This document shows, piece by piece, positions 12,713 through 26,700 of a DNA stretch of 64,000 bases. Below the pieces are notes generated by a model. That model ran no database searches. It saw nothing but the letters and a program-made list of their open reading frames with translations, and was not told where the DNA came from. A program made the translations under genes and the position numbers. Source of the stretch: Phoronis australis (Eukaryota > Animalia > Phoronida); assembly GCA_002633005.1 (NCBI GenBank), contig NMRA01000096.1, forward strand, positions 885,691 through 949,690. The letters are read 5' to 3'. Positions within the stretch are counted from its first letter, which is position 1; every line of letters starts with the position of its first letter.

Positions 12713-14610
12713 GAAAATTAAAAAGTGAATTCTTGTGTTTGAAAGTGGGTTTATGAGTACTTTAGTCTCGCTTAAATCAACACTTTTGTCCCAATTCTGA
12801 AGCCCCTAGCCAAGTACTTTTTCGAAAGTCTGATTTTCAGGCAGTGTCGTAACGGTGGTTACAACGGACTCCACTTCATCAAGTCTGTTGTTACTTAACG
12901 TTGTCGTTAAACAAACGCGTAACTCAACATATTCGAAATTTAGCGATGACTTCAGAAGGCATATACAAACTTTAAGTGTAAAACATTCTCGAAAGAAAAA
13001 GGTATAATATAAATATTATTCTCGAAAGAAAAAGGTATAATATATGTATTATGATCCGACAGAGACTGGCAGCGGAAAACAAGATGATGCAAACGAAACT
13101 TTCTTCAATACCTGATTTTTAAATCGTTCGTCAAAGAAACTGAATTTCGGCTTTAGTTATCAAGACGTCGGATAGAGAGTTAAAGAAAGATCACTTAGCT
13201 ACTGCTTTGTACAATTGCGGGTTTCCCCGGTTGGCGAAAAGTTACGCGCCTGGCACCAGTTGAGAACCGGATTCTTGCTAGAGTATCGTTTCCGTATATT
13301 AGGATTGTCGGAAGAGCTGCAGCGCATTGGGTCTGATTACGAGATCAATGCTTCTCACCGCTCGTGTATCTTTCTACGTCATTCGTTGGTACATTCATAG
13401 GACAAACCTATTAAAGAAAACATCAATGGGGGCAGTTAATCACATGGGATGACAAGTGTACCGAGAAGTATATCGCGCGGGAGAAGGTGTTTCGTCGACG
13501 GTGCATAGACACTTACGTGCGAATGGTCACGAGTTCGATGATGACGTTTTGAAATAGGACAAAAACTGGTTCGAAAAAGGCGTCAAGGAGACTTTTAATC
13601 CATCACTCAACAGGCTTGGAGGTGGCGGGTTTGTTTTGTCCACCGCTTGGAACGGCACTGTAGATCATATCTCGCAAGAACACAACATCCATTCAGCCAT
13701 TTCCCTAGAAGGGAGTGGGACACCCCCGAGATCTTTTTTTTTAGTAAGTATGATGTAGTCCAGCTGAAAGGTTTAATCTTTCTCATTACAAATTCAAGTA
13801 GTGCAAAAATCATTTTGTTTGCTTTTTGCGTGGCTATCTCGAGCAGATGTCACCAGGTCGAAACAAGGAAAACATCGAAACGTTCATCGATAAATCTGAA
13901 CCTGGCATGCACAACACGGCGCATTCAGACCATTAAAATCCCCAGATTACAGAAATCATGCCTGAAAAGTGGGTGTCGTCGGATTTATTTTTTTTACAAA
14001 TCCAATGTGTCTGAAGGGCACCTGAATTTCTTGCTAAATTTCAACTTCCCGCTTGCAAGCAGTAAAGGTTTAAATAGTGGATCAAGGGGTCAACAACTGG
14101 CAATCTTTCACAAAGAACAGACTAAAAAATCAAGCAAATGTGTTGGCCATTCGTATCCTTCTCATGCCGTGCAACCGTGACAAAATTTAAAATATCCAGC
14201 AAACCCAACAGGCGTCAATTTGCGATAAACTGGGGAAAGTACATTCAACAGTTGCCAAAAAAATAACTATTGAGTGTCATAAAGTACTCCTATTGGAGTA
14301 TACCTTTGGCGATTTCGCTCACATGAAGACGCTGCGATCAAACACAGATAGAGGCCGGCATGGACGGTAAAACACATCAAGTAGATTCTGCTTCAAATCG
14401 TTTGAATAGGTTCAGATAGACTAAACAACTGTTGTTTTATATATCTAGTTCGCAGCACGTTAATGGCCGGGAGGCAAACACTTCACTCATTTTTTTATTA
14501 TGCAACGAATTCATATATTTTGAGGATGTACAGGGGTCACTTTTTCTGTAGGAACAAAACTGTTTTTCTGGAATAACAAAATGCCTTAACAATTGGATTC
14601 TTGTTGCTAA

Positions 14611-14970
14611 AAGGATACTAAACCTCGTTTTGATGATTTCAACCAATCCTCGTCCTGTCACTTGCTAATGCTTCAGTGACGTCAATCTTGAACGATGAAC
14701 GCAGGAATCAACTAAAAACTCACACTCCCTACGTTACTGATCGGATATCATGGTTCTTGATGGGTGGTCTTTAGCCACAGTTGCCGGGTAATTCGCTAAA
14801 AACGTAGGTCACGCTTGCCCGTTTAGCAGACTTTGAAAGGAGTTTTCAAGTTTTCCTCCAAACTTTTAAGGGTTGTCAGGAATTACAAAGCATTATTTTG
14901 TATCAGAGAATTGGATGGAAAAGTTGCTGTTAATATTTGTTAATAGGCCAAAACCCGGTTTAGTATCCTT
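14611..14970. mobile_element. MITE with TTAA-type target site (Kolobok-like)
   Basis: TIR aaggatactaaacc / ggtttagtatcctt, flanked by ctaa on the left and ttaa on the right. Confidence 0.6.
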
Positions 14971-17311
14971 TTAATTTCAGTTTCTGTGAAGGAGGGAAGC
15001 GTCTAGTAGCAGTTCATAGAGACCTCTCGAGAAGTGACCGATTATTTCTTCAACGACTCAGCTCTAAACCACAGGTTTATGCTTCAGTTGACTGCGGAGA
15101 CCCTCGCGCATTTTCTCTAAACTGTGCGCACAGGGTGACTTTGTGAGCACAATTTGCCAGATCACTCACTTGTCCTTTAAATAACTGTTTTTGAAATTTG
15201 TAGATATTTTCTTAGTTTACAATTTTTAAAAACTGGATTTTGTTATGGTAGAGACATTGCTATTTGTTTCTCAGCGTCAGACTTTTTTCAAAAAAACTAA
15301 TGTTCAGAGCTATGAATTATGCATTCGCCGAATTTTGAACGTTCCTGTCTTTTAGTGGGCTTTTGTTTCGTTTTCTACTTTTTTGGAGTTTTTGTTTCTC
15401 TGAGAAGTACCTTTTTGCCCACTTCGCTAATAGAGTACTCAGTTGCTTGTTGTGGTGCATTAGTTGTCTTCTTGTTATCGTTAAAGATGTATTTGCATGC
15501 TCCTAACTATGCGTATGTATAGCAGAAACTCAACCACAGTGCTATTTTAACACAATTTACGCTAAACAAAATGCACTCACAACTTGTAAAAGTGAAAACA
15601 AAGAAATCTGCAAATAGGTGACCTTTGCACTAATGACGTACCTCGCGAGTTCACATACCCTGCATCATGCAGTGTTGTTCTCCATTACCTCGTCACGATA
15701 CTTACTGGACACCGTGTGAAGTAGCTTGCGGCGGATTATTTTCGCCACAAAATTCATTCTTAAAACATTTGGCAATGAACTTCATATTCACAATGTCGCT
15801 ATACTTTGTGTTTCTAATTTGGCTGAGCAATCACAGAGATAAGGAATTAGCCTGCAAGTTCAACTTTACAGTTTTCACTGAAATTCTTTTCTTAACTCCA
15901 ATTATTTTAGGGGAATCGCACTTACCTAATGGTGTGAGTATATTAATCATAGTTGTTCTTGTCTCAGTAGTATACAACAGAAATATTTAACATTCAAATG
16001 AATGTTAATATTCTTGTTCCTCGCGAACTTTTTAAGGACGGTTTTCTGATAAAAATATTCTTCGTCTTTTCTGCGCTTACAAGAGAATGACATGAAACAC
16101 AGACTGGAAGAATACAAGAAAGATACAGTTACTCTATTTCCATTTTCGTATATTATGACTCTAGTGGATACCACGATTTAGGTGTTTTGTTGCTTAACAC
16201 TGAATAACTAAATAATATTCATCATATTGATATCCACATTAACTGGTCCCATTTATTCTTGATTCCCGGATGCAGACTCACCTACCATCACCATTCACTC
16301 TCTAACAATTTGTACGCTACAGACACAGCTTAGAGCCCTAGTGTTCACACGATTATCTACCCTAATAAACATGGCTAACACTTTTCAACACGTCAAGAGT
16401 AAACAAAATAAACAATTCTTGTCCAAATTTTACAACCCGTCACCGTAGTAGGCAGGTTGCACTGTGGTCCTCGTAGTCATGGACGATTACTAACTGATTC
16501 CGGCCACAGTGTATTTTTCTGACCCAGAAGTTGTGATTTAGGTCTTTCGGCGGTCTACCAACGCGCGCCAGTTGTTCATTCAAATCCTACTCGATGGATT
16601 GAATTCAGGTCCTAAAATCCGTGAACATTGGTTTTGATGTATACTTAACGGTTTTTCAAAACTTTGTCATGAGTCCCGCCACAGCGTCAGAATGCCCCTC
16701 CCCCGGCCTTTATGACACACGCCATGAAATTTACATGTTGTCGTATGTTTTTGGGCTTCGCCACGTGATTTACACTTATTTCCCCATTCTGCTTCACAGA
16801 TACGACTAAAAAACGCCGTCGGGGGTGTTTCTGGGTGTCGCGACGGACATTTGCCCCCTACGGCATGGCCTAGATCCAGGTGTCCACATTTTCATTTTCG
16901 AATGTTGGCAACTTGTTGTATTCGTTCCGCATCCTTATCACAGGCCGTGGTTCGCGTTAATGACCATAGACGAACTCGGATTTGCTGCAATTATTGTTCA
17001 AGCAAGTACAAATTGTACTGAATTGAAAACCACAAAGTTAAACGTTGGTGTTAAAGGCTTTCATCAAATCTTGCAACAAAAGCAATAGTTTGTCTTTCAA
17101 TTGTTAGAACGAGTACGACCCGAATAGTCCAGCCCGGAAAGGTCTCATTCCCATGCTCAATTTACGTTGAGGTGAAGAAGGACCAGAGACGAACCAATGT
17201 CTGATTTGGTCACAGGACCCCCCACCTCTCGAATCAGCCTCAAAAGTATCCCATTTAACGCGTCTATCGCTAACAGTCTCTCAATAAAATTGCTATTTTC
17301 ATTTAACACAA

Positions 17312-20300
17312 TCAAACTCTAAATTCGTCCACATTTTGATGGTATCCTGTTTCAAGTAAAAATCGCGCAACCTTAGCTCTAGCTTGGTTCAAAGAATCTG
17401 CAAACGCACACACAACAACCGGAGGGTACTCATATTTAGCACCGCTTTCCACAAAATCAACCAAATTCATTCGTCCTGGATAAGCAAGTGTTACACCATA
17501 TGACTTGCTGAGTGAAACCATTTTCTTTGCTGATCTCCTCAAGGCGTCGCCATTGTATAATAAATATGGTAAAATGGCGAATCCAGAACACTTAGGTGTG
17601 AAAGTGCCAAACATGGTGCCCAGTTTGTCAATCCCGCACGACAAAATAGCGTTCAGGACAAACATGTCGGCACCATACACAGTTTTGGCGAGATCTTTTA
17701 AGGCGTTTCCAGGAGGCCTTGGATTTATCTCAAGAAGCTTCGGACACCCCTCCTCTTCCCACACAAGGTCAACATCATAAATCCCGTTGTGAAGACCCAC
17801 GGCTCTGCAGCAAGTGAAAGCGGCCTCAATCAACTCTTCTTGCCTCTCAAGAGGCAGGCATCCCGGCATCGATAGCTCCGTGGCATGAAAGTACGGGACC
17901 GGGGCCGGCCCTCGCTCGGCCACGAATCCTCCAAGGAACTTTCCCTTGGCGATCGCTACGTCGACAGAATATTTCGTTCCCCGTATGTACGGCATTACGA
18001 CGACCTGAGGAAAAATAATGCGAATTTTACTGAAAGACATCAAATTTATTTCAGGCTTTTGGAATTGTTTACGACAACCTGGGCGTAAGCTTATCTGGTT
18101 AGCGCTACGAAGTACGAATAGTCCCGAGAGTCGATTGGATTGGTACAATTCTTAGATTTCGGAAACCAAATTTTTGTCTGACAGGATTCGCTAAAACATG
18201 ATTCTGGTTCCATTTACGAGTCTAATCCTAGGTCACGTAACAATTATTCATTGAAACCCACAGAGGTTCCCCAAGAGACAGCACGCTTACCCTAAAATGC
18301 AAAAGACTGAAAATGCTTCGTCTTCAAATCCTATACTAAAGCCGAGGGACACATAAATTATAACAGTAATTCATATATATTCATTTATATTTCACTATAT
18401 CGGATGTGAAAACGTCCGCAGGTGGATTTCGTGAAAACGTGACTGACTTAACAAATTCCCGGATGTTGGCATGTTTATAATGCTCTCCAAAGTTGAGCCC
18501 ACGTAGTTGTCAGAAATACAAACGAAAGTGTGACGATCCTGAAAAGTTTGGGAATGGCATAATTACAGCAACTCTTTGATAATTTAGTAAATATGTTTCA
18601 AAAAGTATTGGCTTAAAATACACCTTGCTCTCCTGTACACATACTTGGAGAACGCACGTGAATTGGTTTGTTTACTCTGATCAAAACTAAATATTCAAGA
18701 AAACACAAAATAAATTTTCGGACTGGTTGAATTTCCAAAATTTTATTATTCCAATCTGACAATACGAAGCATATACAAGGGTTGGCAATGATTCAATGAC
18801 CGCGTCTCCCAACTACGATCCCCAGAACCTGGACCATCAGATATCAAACCTGCTGCAAAAATTCCCATCCCCCCGCCTCTCAATTCCAAGCACATAGATG
18901 TGTATTCTGGTTTGACACCCAATATCGATAAAACTGTTTGTATATGGATTGGTTCTAAGATATGTTGTGGTGATAGGCTTTGTTGTAAAAAGATTTAAAA
19001 TGGGAAAGTTCTCAGTTCACATCTCTTGGAATTACCTTCTCTGTCAACTTACAGGACATGATTCACTTAAACTACGATGTAAAATTAAATGAGGTTAGAA
19101 AAGGCATTGGAAATTGGTCAAAAAGAAATTTGTCTACCTTTGGTAAGATAACGGTTGTCAAACCTTTCTTATTACCAAAACTGATTCACCTCTTTTACAC
19201 ACTTCCTCTTCCAAGTGCTACATTTTTAAAGGACATTGAAAAACTATTCTTTAATTTTATATGGGGTACCTCTTCTGATAGAATCTCTAGAAAAACCATG
19301 GTGCAGAAATCTGAAGTAGGAGGTGGGACTATGGTTCATATTGCGTCATTTGTCAAAGCTATTAAACTGACTTGGATTCGAAGATTCTTGAAAAATTATT
19401 ATAACATTACTTCTCTTTGGCTAAATATTTTATGTGAAATTATTCCTAATATAAAAAATGACTCTTTTCAGTTAGGTTCTTGTTTTTTCCTTGAAGTATC
19501 TAACCGTACTAAGAATATTTTTTGGAAGGATATTTTTGATATCTCATACGAATTTATCAATCTTTGTGAGATAGAGGATCCTTTGTACCGACCTTTGTGG
19601 TATAACCCCAAAATTTGTATAGACAGTAATCCAATTTTTTGAAACGAGTGGTTTCAAAAGGGTATACGGTACGTATACGATTTCATTGACCCTGATAAGA
19701 GATATATTTATGATTATCATACCTTTTGTACACGTTTTCAATTTTGTCCTTGTATTACTCATTTTTATGGAATTCGAAGTTCAATACTTCGTTCTTGGAA
19801 TCATCTAAGAGACAAGAGTACTATAGTCACTCCACTTTTTCCACAACATATTTTTCGAATCTCCTCGGAAAATAAAGGGACTGGGAAAATCTATGAAGTA
19901 TTTATTTCTAAATTATATGTAAAACCTGTCGCAGAATTGAAGTGGGAGAGAGAAATTAACTTATGCGATGATACTCAATCTTGGAAAAAATTCATTCTGT
20001 AATTTATCATTGTACTTCTGATGTCAGACTCAGATGGTTTCAATTCCGTATCAACCACAGAATTATTGGTACAAACTCTTATTTAAAGAAAATAGGTGTT
20101 AGTGAATCGTCTTTATGTTCTTTCTGTGAGCAACATGAAGAAACAATTCTACATTTGTATTGGGAATGTTCACTTGTTCAGAAGTTTTGGGGATGTTTAA
20201 GAACATGGATGATAAATCAGTGCAATTTCTCTCTGCAGTTAAATATGTCTTCCGCCTTGTTTGGAGACCAGCCTGTAGATTAGAAGTTGTAAATTTAATT

Positions 20301-22928
20301 CTTTGCTTAGCGAAATTCCATTTATATAGACAAAGATTACAAAAGACTAAGCCCAATTTTCAGTCATTTTTACGTGAGGTATGTGATTACTACAACCTGG
20401 AAAACATTATTTACAATGATAAATTGGATCTTGAGAGATTCCAGGCAAGGTGGTCTTTTTTTGCCTAACTAGCTTTTATAGGGTCCGATAATGTTCGTAA
20501 TTTGTTTGATGTACACTAAACTAGATGTCATATTGTCGCACAACTATGTACTGGTTGGTTGAGTTAATAAATGTCTCTGAAAAAAAAAAATAATAATAAA
20601 AATAAAAAAACGTAGATGAGTCAGGTGGGCAATCTCCCCCGGGGCAGGCATCAGGTATCGTTTACATGCACCTTGAAAACAGGAGAACGTTAGCATACAT
20701 CCGGCTAAAAGTCCTGATTTGGCTCAAAGTACAGCTGTGTTTGTTTTCGTACCGCACAAGGATTATCCAAAAAGAAACAGAAATCATTGTTTCACAGGAA
20801 TTACAGAAAATGAGAATACTAAGAGATACAAATGAGACCGAACCCTGGTATGGTAAAAAATCTGATCAACTGGCCTCGTTTTGAAGTTGTTCACCAGATA
20901 TAATAATGCTGGATGCTAGACAGAAAATGTGCGAGACTACCTCCCGGAATATTGAAGTGCCATCGCACATTCTGCGGGATTTACGTCAGGCGTCTGTAGT
21001 CGGGCTTTCGCAATTCTGATACCAATAAAATTTTCTGCAACATATAGAGGGGAAAGGCAACCATCAAAGCCTTTGAAAAGCTGATCGAGGAGCGATAAAT
21101 CGTTGTTCATTTGTCGGACTTGGCTTCTTATTCTTTCGAAAGACGTTGCTTGGGTGCCGGTGGGCGACCAGTCGCCAGCCGTGTATGCGACGTCTTTCAT
21201 GAATGATCCGTCCTACCATTCAAAAACTTCTGGGTCAAACATAATATTTTTCTACCTCTGCGAAAATGGAAGAGATGAATCCAGGATATGGGAATTTAAA
21301 CTCCTTTTCTGTTTCGAAAATTACAAATCCTTTGATGTTTCGCCAATTCTAAAAGGAGGTCAAGTGACGTCACCAATAACAGCCCTTTTCCTGTCTTTAT
21401 ATACATCCTTTCATGCCAAGGTAAGCACGAGGCATGAGCCACAAGGAGGAGGAAAGATGCATGTCTCAAGTTGGTGAATATACGACTGAAGAGCTGTCGA
21501 ATAGTCAGGAAATCATTTAATTCGTACCAATTGTCATATTCATTTGGATTACTACTAAAATTCGGGCAACATCCGTAATCGCCGATTCTTGACACTTTTA
21601 ATCAGTTTTTGACTACTGAATTCCGTGCTATTCGAGCTCAGTTCCATAAATACTAGTTCTGTCGCAGGACCCACCTTTATCACAAAGCGGCTTCGTGCAT
21701 CGCCCAGCGTTCGAAATACACACTGGTCCAGTGGCCTGGGGCTAGTGGATTTGCGGCCGGGTCAGTTAACTTTCACATATAGGCCCTATGTGGACGTGGT
21801 CTCATATTCAAGTAACTGGCCCGCGGGCCAGCACATTTGTCGACCACTGGCATCGTCACAAACTGGACAATAAAATTTTCAAAATTCTACTTATTCTCAC
21901 AAATATGAAAATGTATCAATACCGGGCAATTTGTTGTCGTAATAAAAAACGAACATAAAAAACGGTACTTACTTCATGTGAGTACACTATTTTTTGACAG
22001 AATTCGCCACCGCTTTTCATATCTCTCGTGAGATTCACCAGATGTCGCTCACAATCGCTCGCATTGTTCAGCAACTTACATCCGCTGGACCCACCGCCGT
22101 AGGACGGCTTCATGATGACCGGGAAGGATAAGTGGTGAAGGGCGCCCAGCAGCTCTTCTTTGCTTGTCACAGCATAGGTTTGCACTCCATGCTGAAGAAA
22201 TTGTAATCATGAGAGTAGAGCCGTCAACGGTTAGTAATTGAATTTAAAAATTACTTTGTAATGTACCTCTTTTAAAACAATGTGGGTGGAGAACTAACAG
22301 TAGATTCCAAGGCTTCTTCTTTCGCCCAGACATTCTGCATACACTATTAACAGGAATTTCCGATAAAGTGACCATCAACAGAAAACGCCCATATGTGTTT
22401 CTTTTTTCGGAAACCAATGGCTACTTGAGATGTTTAGAATTCATTCCCCCAAAAATGTTTGCCATTAACTTTTTCATTTTGTTGTCCTTAAAAGGACCGC
22501 TGCTTTTGTGCATAAATTGATCAATTTTGGGTTGAAAAGTGACGCTTCGGGACCGTTCACAGTTATCCTTATTTTCACAAGTGTGTATACCGTACGCTTT
22601 AGGGAGGGCGGACTTGGCTACTACAGCGCGTCTTGACGTTATAAAAATAGCCATGCCAAAAAAACAAAAGGTTTTATAATTACTTTTTCACATCGTAAAA
22701 ACATAATGAAACAAATAACAGCAGAGTTTTCGCCAAGAACCAACCAGGCCTGCAGGGTGTACGACGTTTCGCAAGACTACATTTGTACGGCGTTACTCGT
22801 CAGTGACCATCACTCACGGTCGCGAAAGCCACCGAATTTAATTAGTCTTTTTTACTGTCTCAATCGGTCTATATCCGTATCACCTTGTAAACAGTCGATC
22901 TTACCTCGCCGAGATGTATCGCGTTAAC
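17312..22928 (-). CDS. Second (probably allelic) copy of the 3' exons of the ATP-grasp ligase gene: 22928-22905 (microexon), 22191-21973, 18004-17312
   Basis: Same translation as 27031-26813 and 24489-23797 with canonical AG/GT sites. Lacks its own 5' exons. Confidence 0.75.
18904..20610 (+). mobile_element. 5'-truncated L1/Tx1-clade non-LTR retrotransposon (end of RT, post-RT region, zf-RVT-type zinc knuckle, poly-A tail)
   Basis: Starts with (Y)SGLTPNIDKTVCIWIGSK. ORF pieces include WSKRNLSTFGKITVVK and FQFRINHRIIGTN...CSFCEQHEETILHLYWEC. Frameshifts near 19640 and 20280, aataaa at about 20566, A-rich tail to 20610. Imperfect TSD catagatgtgt/cgtagatgagt. Empty site at about 25370 in the other copy. 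Confidence 0.92.
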
Positions 22929-22991
22929 CTGTGGGGAAGGTGAGAAACGAAGCAGTGACGTCAGTGGTTCTTCGGCAGAGTGAGTGCCGCT

Positions 22992-23195
22992 ATGGTGTGG
23001 TGTAATGTTCCGGCTTGTGCGAACTATGAAGCTGCAAGGAAAGCGGGTATTCGTTTTTTCGATTTCCTCGAGAGCCCATAATGCTTCGGAAGTAACTCGC
23101 GGTAGTGAAGTATGAAAACTACGCCGTTAATACCAAGTATGAGGCCGTAAAACTTCTCCGCGTGTCTGTCAGTGGCTTGCACTTCGTCGGATCGA
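22992..23195 (+). pseudogene. Decayed THAP zinc-finger coding sequence (DNA-transposon remnant); 5'-deleted counterpart at ~27790-27975
   Basis: MVWCNVPACANYEAARKAGIRF(frameshift)FRFPREPIMLRK*LAVV...LLRVSVSGLHF follows the THAP pattern C-x-V-P-x-C...F-P...W...R-V-C-S-x-H-F, with TAA at the conserved Trp. Confidence 0.65.
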
Positions 23196-23796
23196 TTGTT
23201 GATCCGTTTTTGATTATGGAGAATTGTAGTTGGCCAAGAAAACATATGCAATTACAATTAATTCAAGGCGCGAGAATATAACGTTTTATATAACTTGTTT
23301 GATGACTGGCTCGTTCGTTAGGCTTCTGTTTGGTCCCGGCTTCGGGTGTAGGATGTTTTCGCCACTTCTTTTTCTCACCCATAAAAAACGTACGTCGTAA
23401 GCACACTTTTTTAGGTGCTGTGCAAAATCAGGATGGTCCGTGAGACACATCTGCGCTTCTCCAGGAATTCGCATCACTTGCGGAAGTTCGAGGCAGCAAA
23501 CGGAAGCGTCATGAGTTAGCTCACTGACACCATGACAAGTTCAAGCGGTTCTGTTGTCTGTGCACGCTCGCGGAACCTCTCTATTATTTCTTGCGGTAAA
23601 TTGGCCCTAGGCCTAGCGAACTTTGTAGGCTACGGTACGTTAAAATACCTAAAATCCGTAACAGCAAANAGAGACGAACCAATGTCTGATTTGGTCACAG
23701 GACCCCCCACCTCTCGAATCAGCCTCAAAAGTATCCCATTTAACGCGTCTATCGCTAACAGTCTCTCAATAAAATTGCTATTTTCATTTAACACAA

Positions 23797-26700
23797 TCAA
23801 ACTCTAAATTCGTCCACATTTTGATGGTATCCTGTTTCAAGTAAAAATCGCGCAACCTTAGCTCTAGCTTGGTTCAAAGAATCTGCAAACGCACACACAA
23901 CAACCGGAGGGTACTCATATTTAGCACCGCTTTCCACAAAATCAACCAAATTCATTCGTCCTGGATAAGCAAGTGTTACACCATATGACTTGCTGAGTGA
24001 AACCATTTTCTTTGCTGATCTCCTCAAGGCGTCGCCATTGTATAATAAATATGGTAAAATGGCGAATCCAGAACACTTAGGTGTGAAAGTGCCAAACATG
24101 GTGCCCAGTTTGTCAATCCCGCACGACAAAATAGCGTTCAGGACAAACATGTCGGCACCATACACAGTTTTGGCGAGATCTTTTAAGGCGTTTCCAGGAG
24201 GCCTTGGATTTATCTCAAGAAGCTTCGGACACCCCTCCTCTTCCCACACAAGGTCAACATCATAAATCCCGTTGTGAAGACCCACGGCTCTGCAGCAAGT
24301 GAAAGCGGCCTCAATCAACTCTTCTTGCCTCTCAAGAGGCAGGCATCCCGGCATCGATAGCTCCGTGGCATGAAAGTACGGGACCGGGGCCGGCCCTCGC
24401 TCGGCCACGAATCCTCCAAGGAACTTTCCCTTGGCGATCGCTACGTCGACAGAATATTTCGTTCCCCGTATGTACGGCATTACGACGACCTGAGGAAAAA
24501 TAATGCGAATTTTATTGAAAAACATCAAATTTATTTCAGGCTTTTGGAATTGTTTACGACAACCTGGGCGTCAGCCTATCTGGTTAGCGCTACGAAGTAC
24601 GAATAGTCCCGAGAATCGATTGGATTGGTACAATTCTTAGATTTCGGAAACCTATTTTTTTGTCTGACAGGATTCGCTAAAACATGATTCTGGTTCCATT
24701 TACGAGTCTAATCCTAGGTCACGTAACAATTATTCATTGAAACCCACAGAGGTTCCCCGAGAGACAGCACGCTTACCCTGAGACTGAAAATGCTTCGTCT
24801 TCAAATCCTATACTAAAGTCGAGGGACACATAAATTATAACAGTAATTCATATATATTCATTTATATTTCACTATATCGGATGTGAAAACGTCCGCAGGT
24901 GGATTTCGTGAAAACGTGACTAACTTTGCAAATTCCCGGATGTTGGCATGTTTATAATGCTCTCCAAAGTTGAGCCCACAGAGTTGTCAGAAATACAAAC
25001 GAAAGTGTGACGATCCTGAAAAGTTTGGGAATGACATAATTACAGCAACTCTTTGATAATTTGGTAAATATGTTTCAGAAAGTATTGGCTTAAATTACAC
25101 CTTGCTCTCCTGTACGCATACTTGGAGAACGCACGTGAATTGGTTTGTTTACTCTGATCGAAACTAAATATTCAAGAAAACACAAAATAAATTTTCGGAT
25201 TGGTTGAATTTCCAAAATTTTATTATTCCAATCTGACAATACGAAGCATATACAAGGGTTGGCAAAGATTCAATGACCGCGTCTCCCAACTACGATCCCC
25301 AGAACCTGGACCATCAAATATCAAACCTGCTGCAAAAATTCCCATCCCCCCGCCTCTCAATTCCAAGCACATAGATGTGTCAGGCAGAGAGTCAGGTGGG
25401 CAATCTCCCCCGGGGCACGTATCATGTATCGTTTACATGCACCTTGAAAACAGGAGAACTTTAGCGTACATCCGGCTAAAAGTCCTGATTTGGCTCAAAG
25501 TACAGCTGTGTTTGTTTTCGTACCGCACAAAGAGGATTATCCAAAAAGAAACAGAAATCATTGTTTCACAGGAATTACAGAAAATGAGAATACTAAGAGA
25601 TACAAATCAGATCGAACCCTGGTATGGTAAAAAATCTGATCAACTGGCCTCGTTTTGAAGTTGTTCACCAGATACAATAATGCTGGATGCTAGACAGAAA
25701 ATGTGCGAGACTACCTCCGGCGGAATATTGCAGCGCCATCGCACATTCTGCGGGATTTACGTCAGGCGTCTGTAGTCGGGCACTTGCCGCACAGCCGTGT
25801 ACACTGCAACCGGGCTTTAATATTAGAGATGTTTTCGCCATTCTGATGCCAATAAAATTTTCTGCAACATATAGAGGGGAAAGGCAAACATCAAAGCCTT
25901 TGAAAAGCTGATCGAGGAACGATAAATCGTTGTTCATTTGTCGGACTTAGCTTCTTATTCTTTCGAAAGACGTTGCTTGGGTGCCGGTGGGCGACCAGTC
26001 GCCAGCTGTGTATGCGACGTCTTTCATGAAATTGATCCGTCCTATCTTTCAAAAACTTCTGGGTCAAACATAATATTTTTCTACCTCCGCGAAAATGGAA
26101 GAGATGAATCCAGGATATGGGAATTTAAACTCTTTTTCTGTTTCGAAATTACAAATCCTTTGATGTTTCGCCAATTCCCAAAGGAGGTCAAGTGACGTCA
26201 CCAATGACAGCCCTTTTCCTGTCTTTATATACATCCTTTCATGCCAAGGTAAGCACGAGGCATGAGCCACAAGGGGGAGGAAAGATGCATGTCTCAAGTT
26301 GGTGAATATACGCGGACTGAAGGAGCTGTCGAATAGTCAGGAAACCATTTAATTCGTACCAATTGTCATATTCATTTGATTACTACTAAAATTCGGGCAA
26401 CATCCGTAATCGCCGATTCTTGACACTTTCAATCAATTTTTGATTAATTCCGTGCTATTCGAATTCAGTTCCATAAATACTCTGTCGCAGGACCCACCTT
26501 TATCACAAAGCGGCTTCGTGCATCGCCCAGCGTTCGAAATACACACGGCACTGGTCCAGTGGCCTGGGGCTAGTGGATTTGCGGCCGGATCAGTTAACTT
26601 TCACATATAGGCCCTATGTGGACGTGGTCTCATATTCAAGTAACTGGCCCCGCGGGCCAGCACATTTATTTGCTGAAGGTCGGCCACTGGCGTCGTCACA

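Noticed and set aside
13215-14180. 61-177 aa ORFs
   Set aside because: No recognisable domain or exon structure; likely chance ORFs or unrecognisably decayed sequence.
17312-22928. A second functional ATP-grasp paralogue
   Set aside because: It lacks exons 1-2, has apparently identical coding sequence, and ends exactly at an N join. Better explained as an uncollapsed haplotype.
23797-24528. Horizontal transfer or bacterial contamination suggested by the long ATP-grasp ORF
   Set aside because: It is a terminal exon with a spliceosomal acceptor and upstream exons, and CARNS1-like genes are native to animals.
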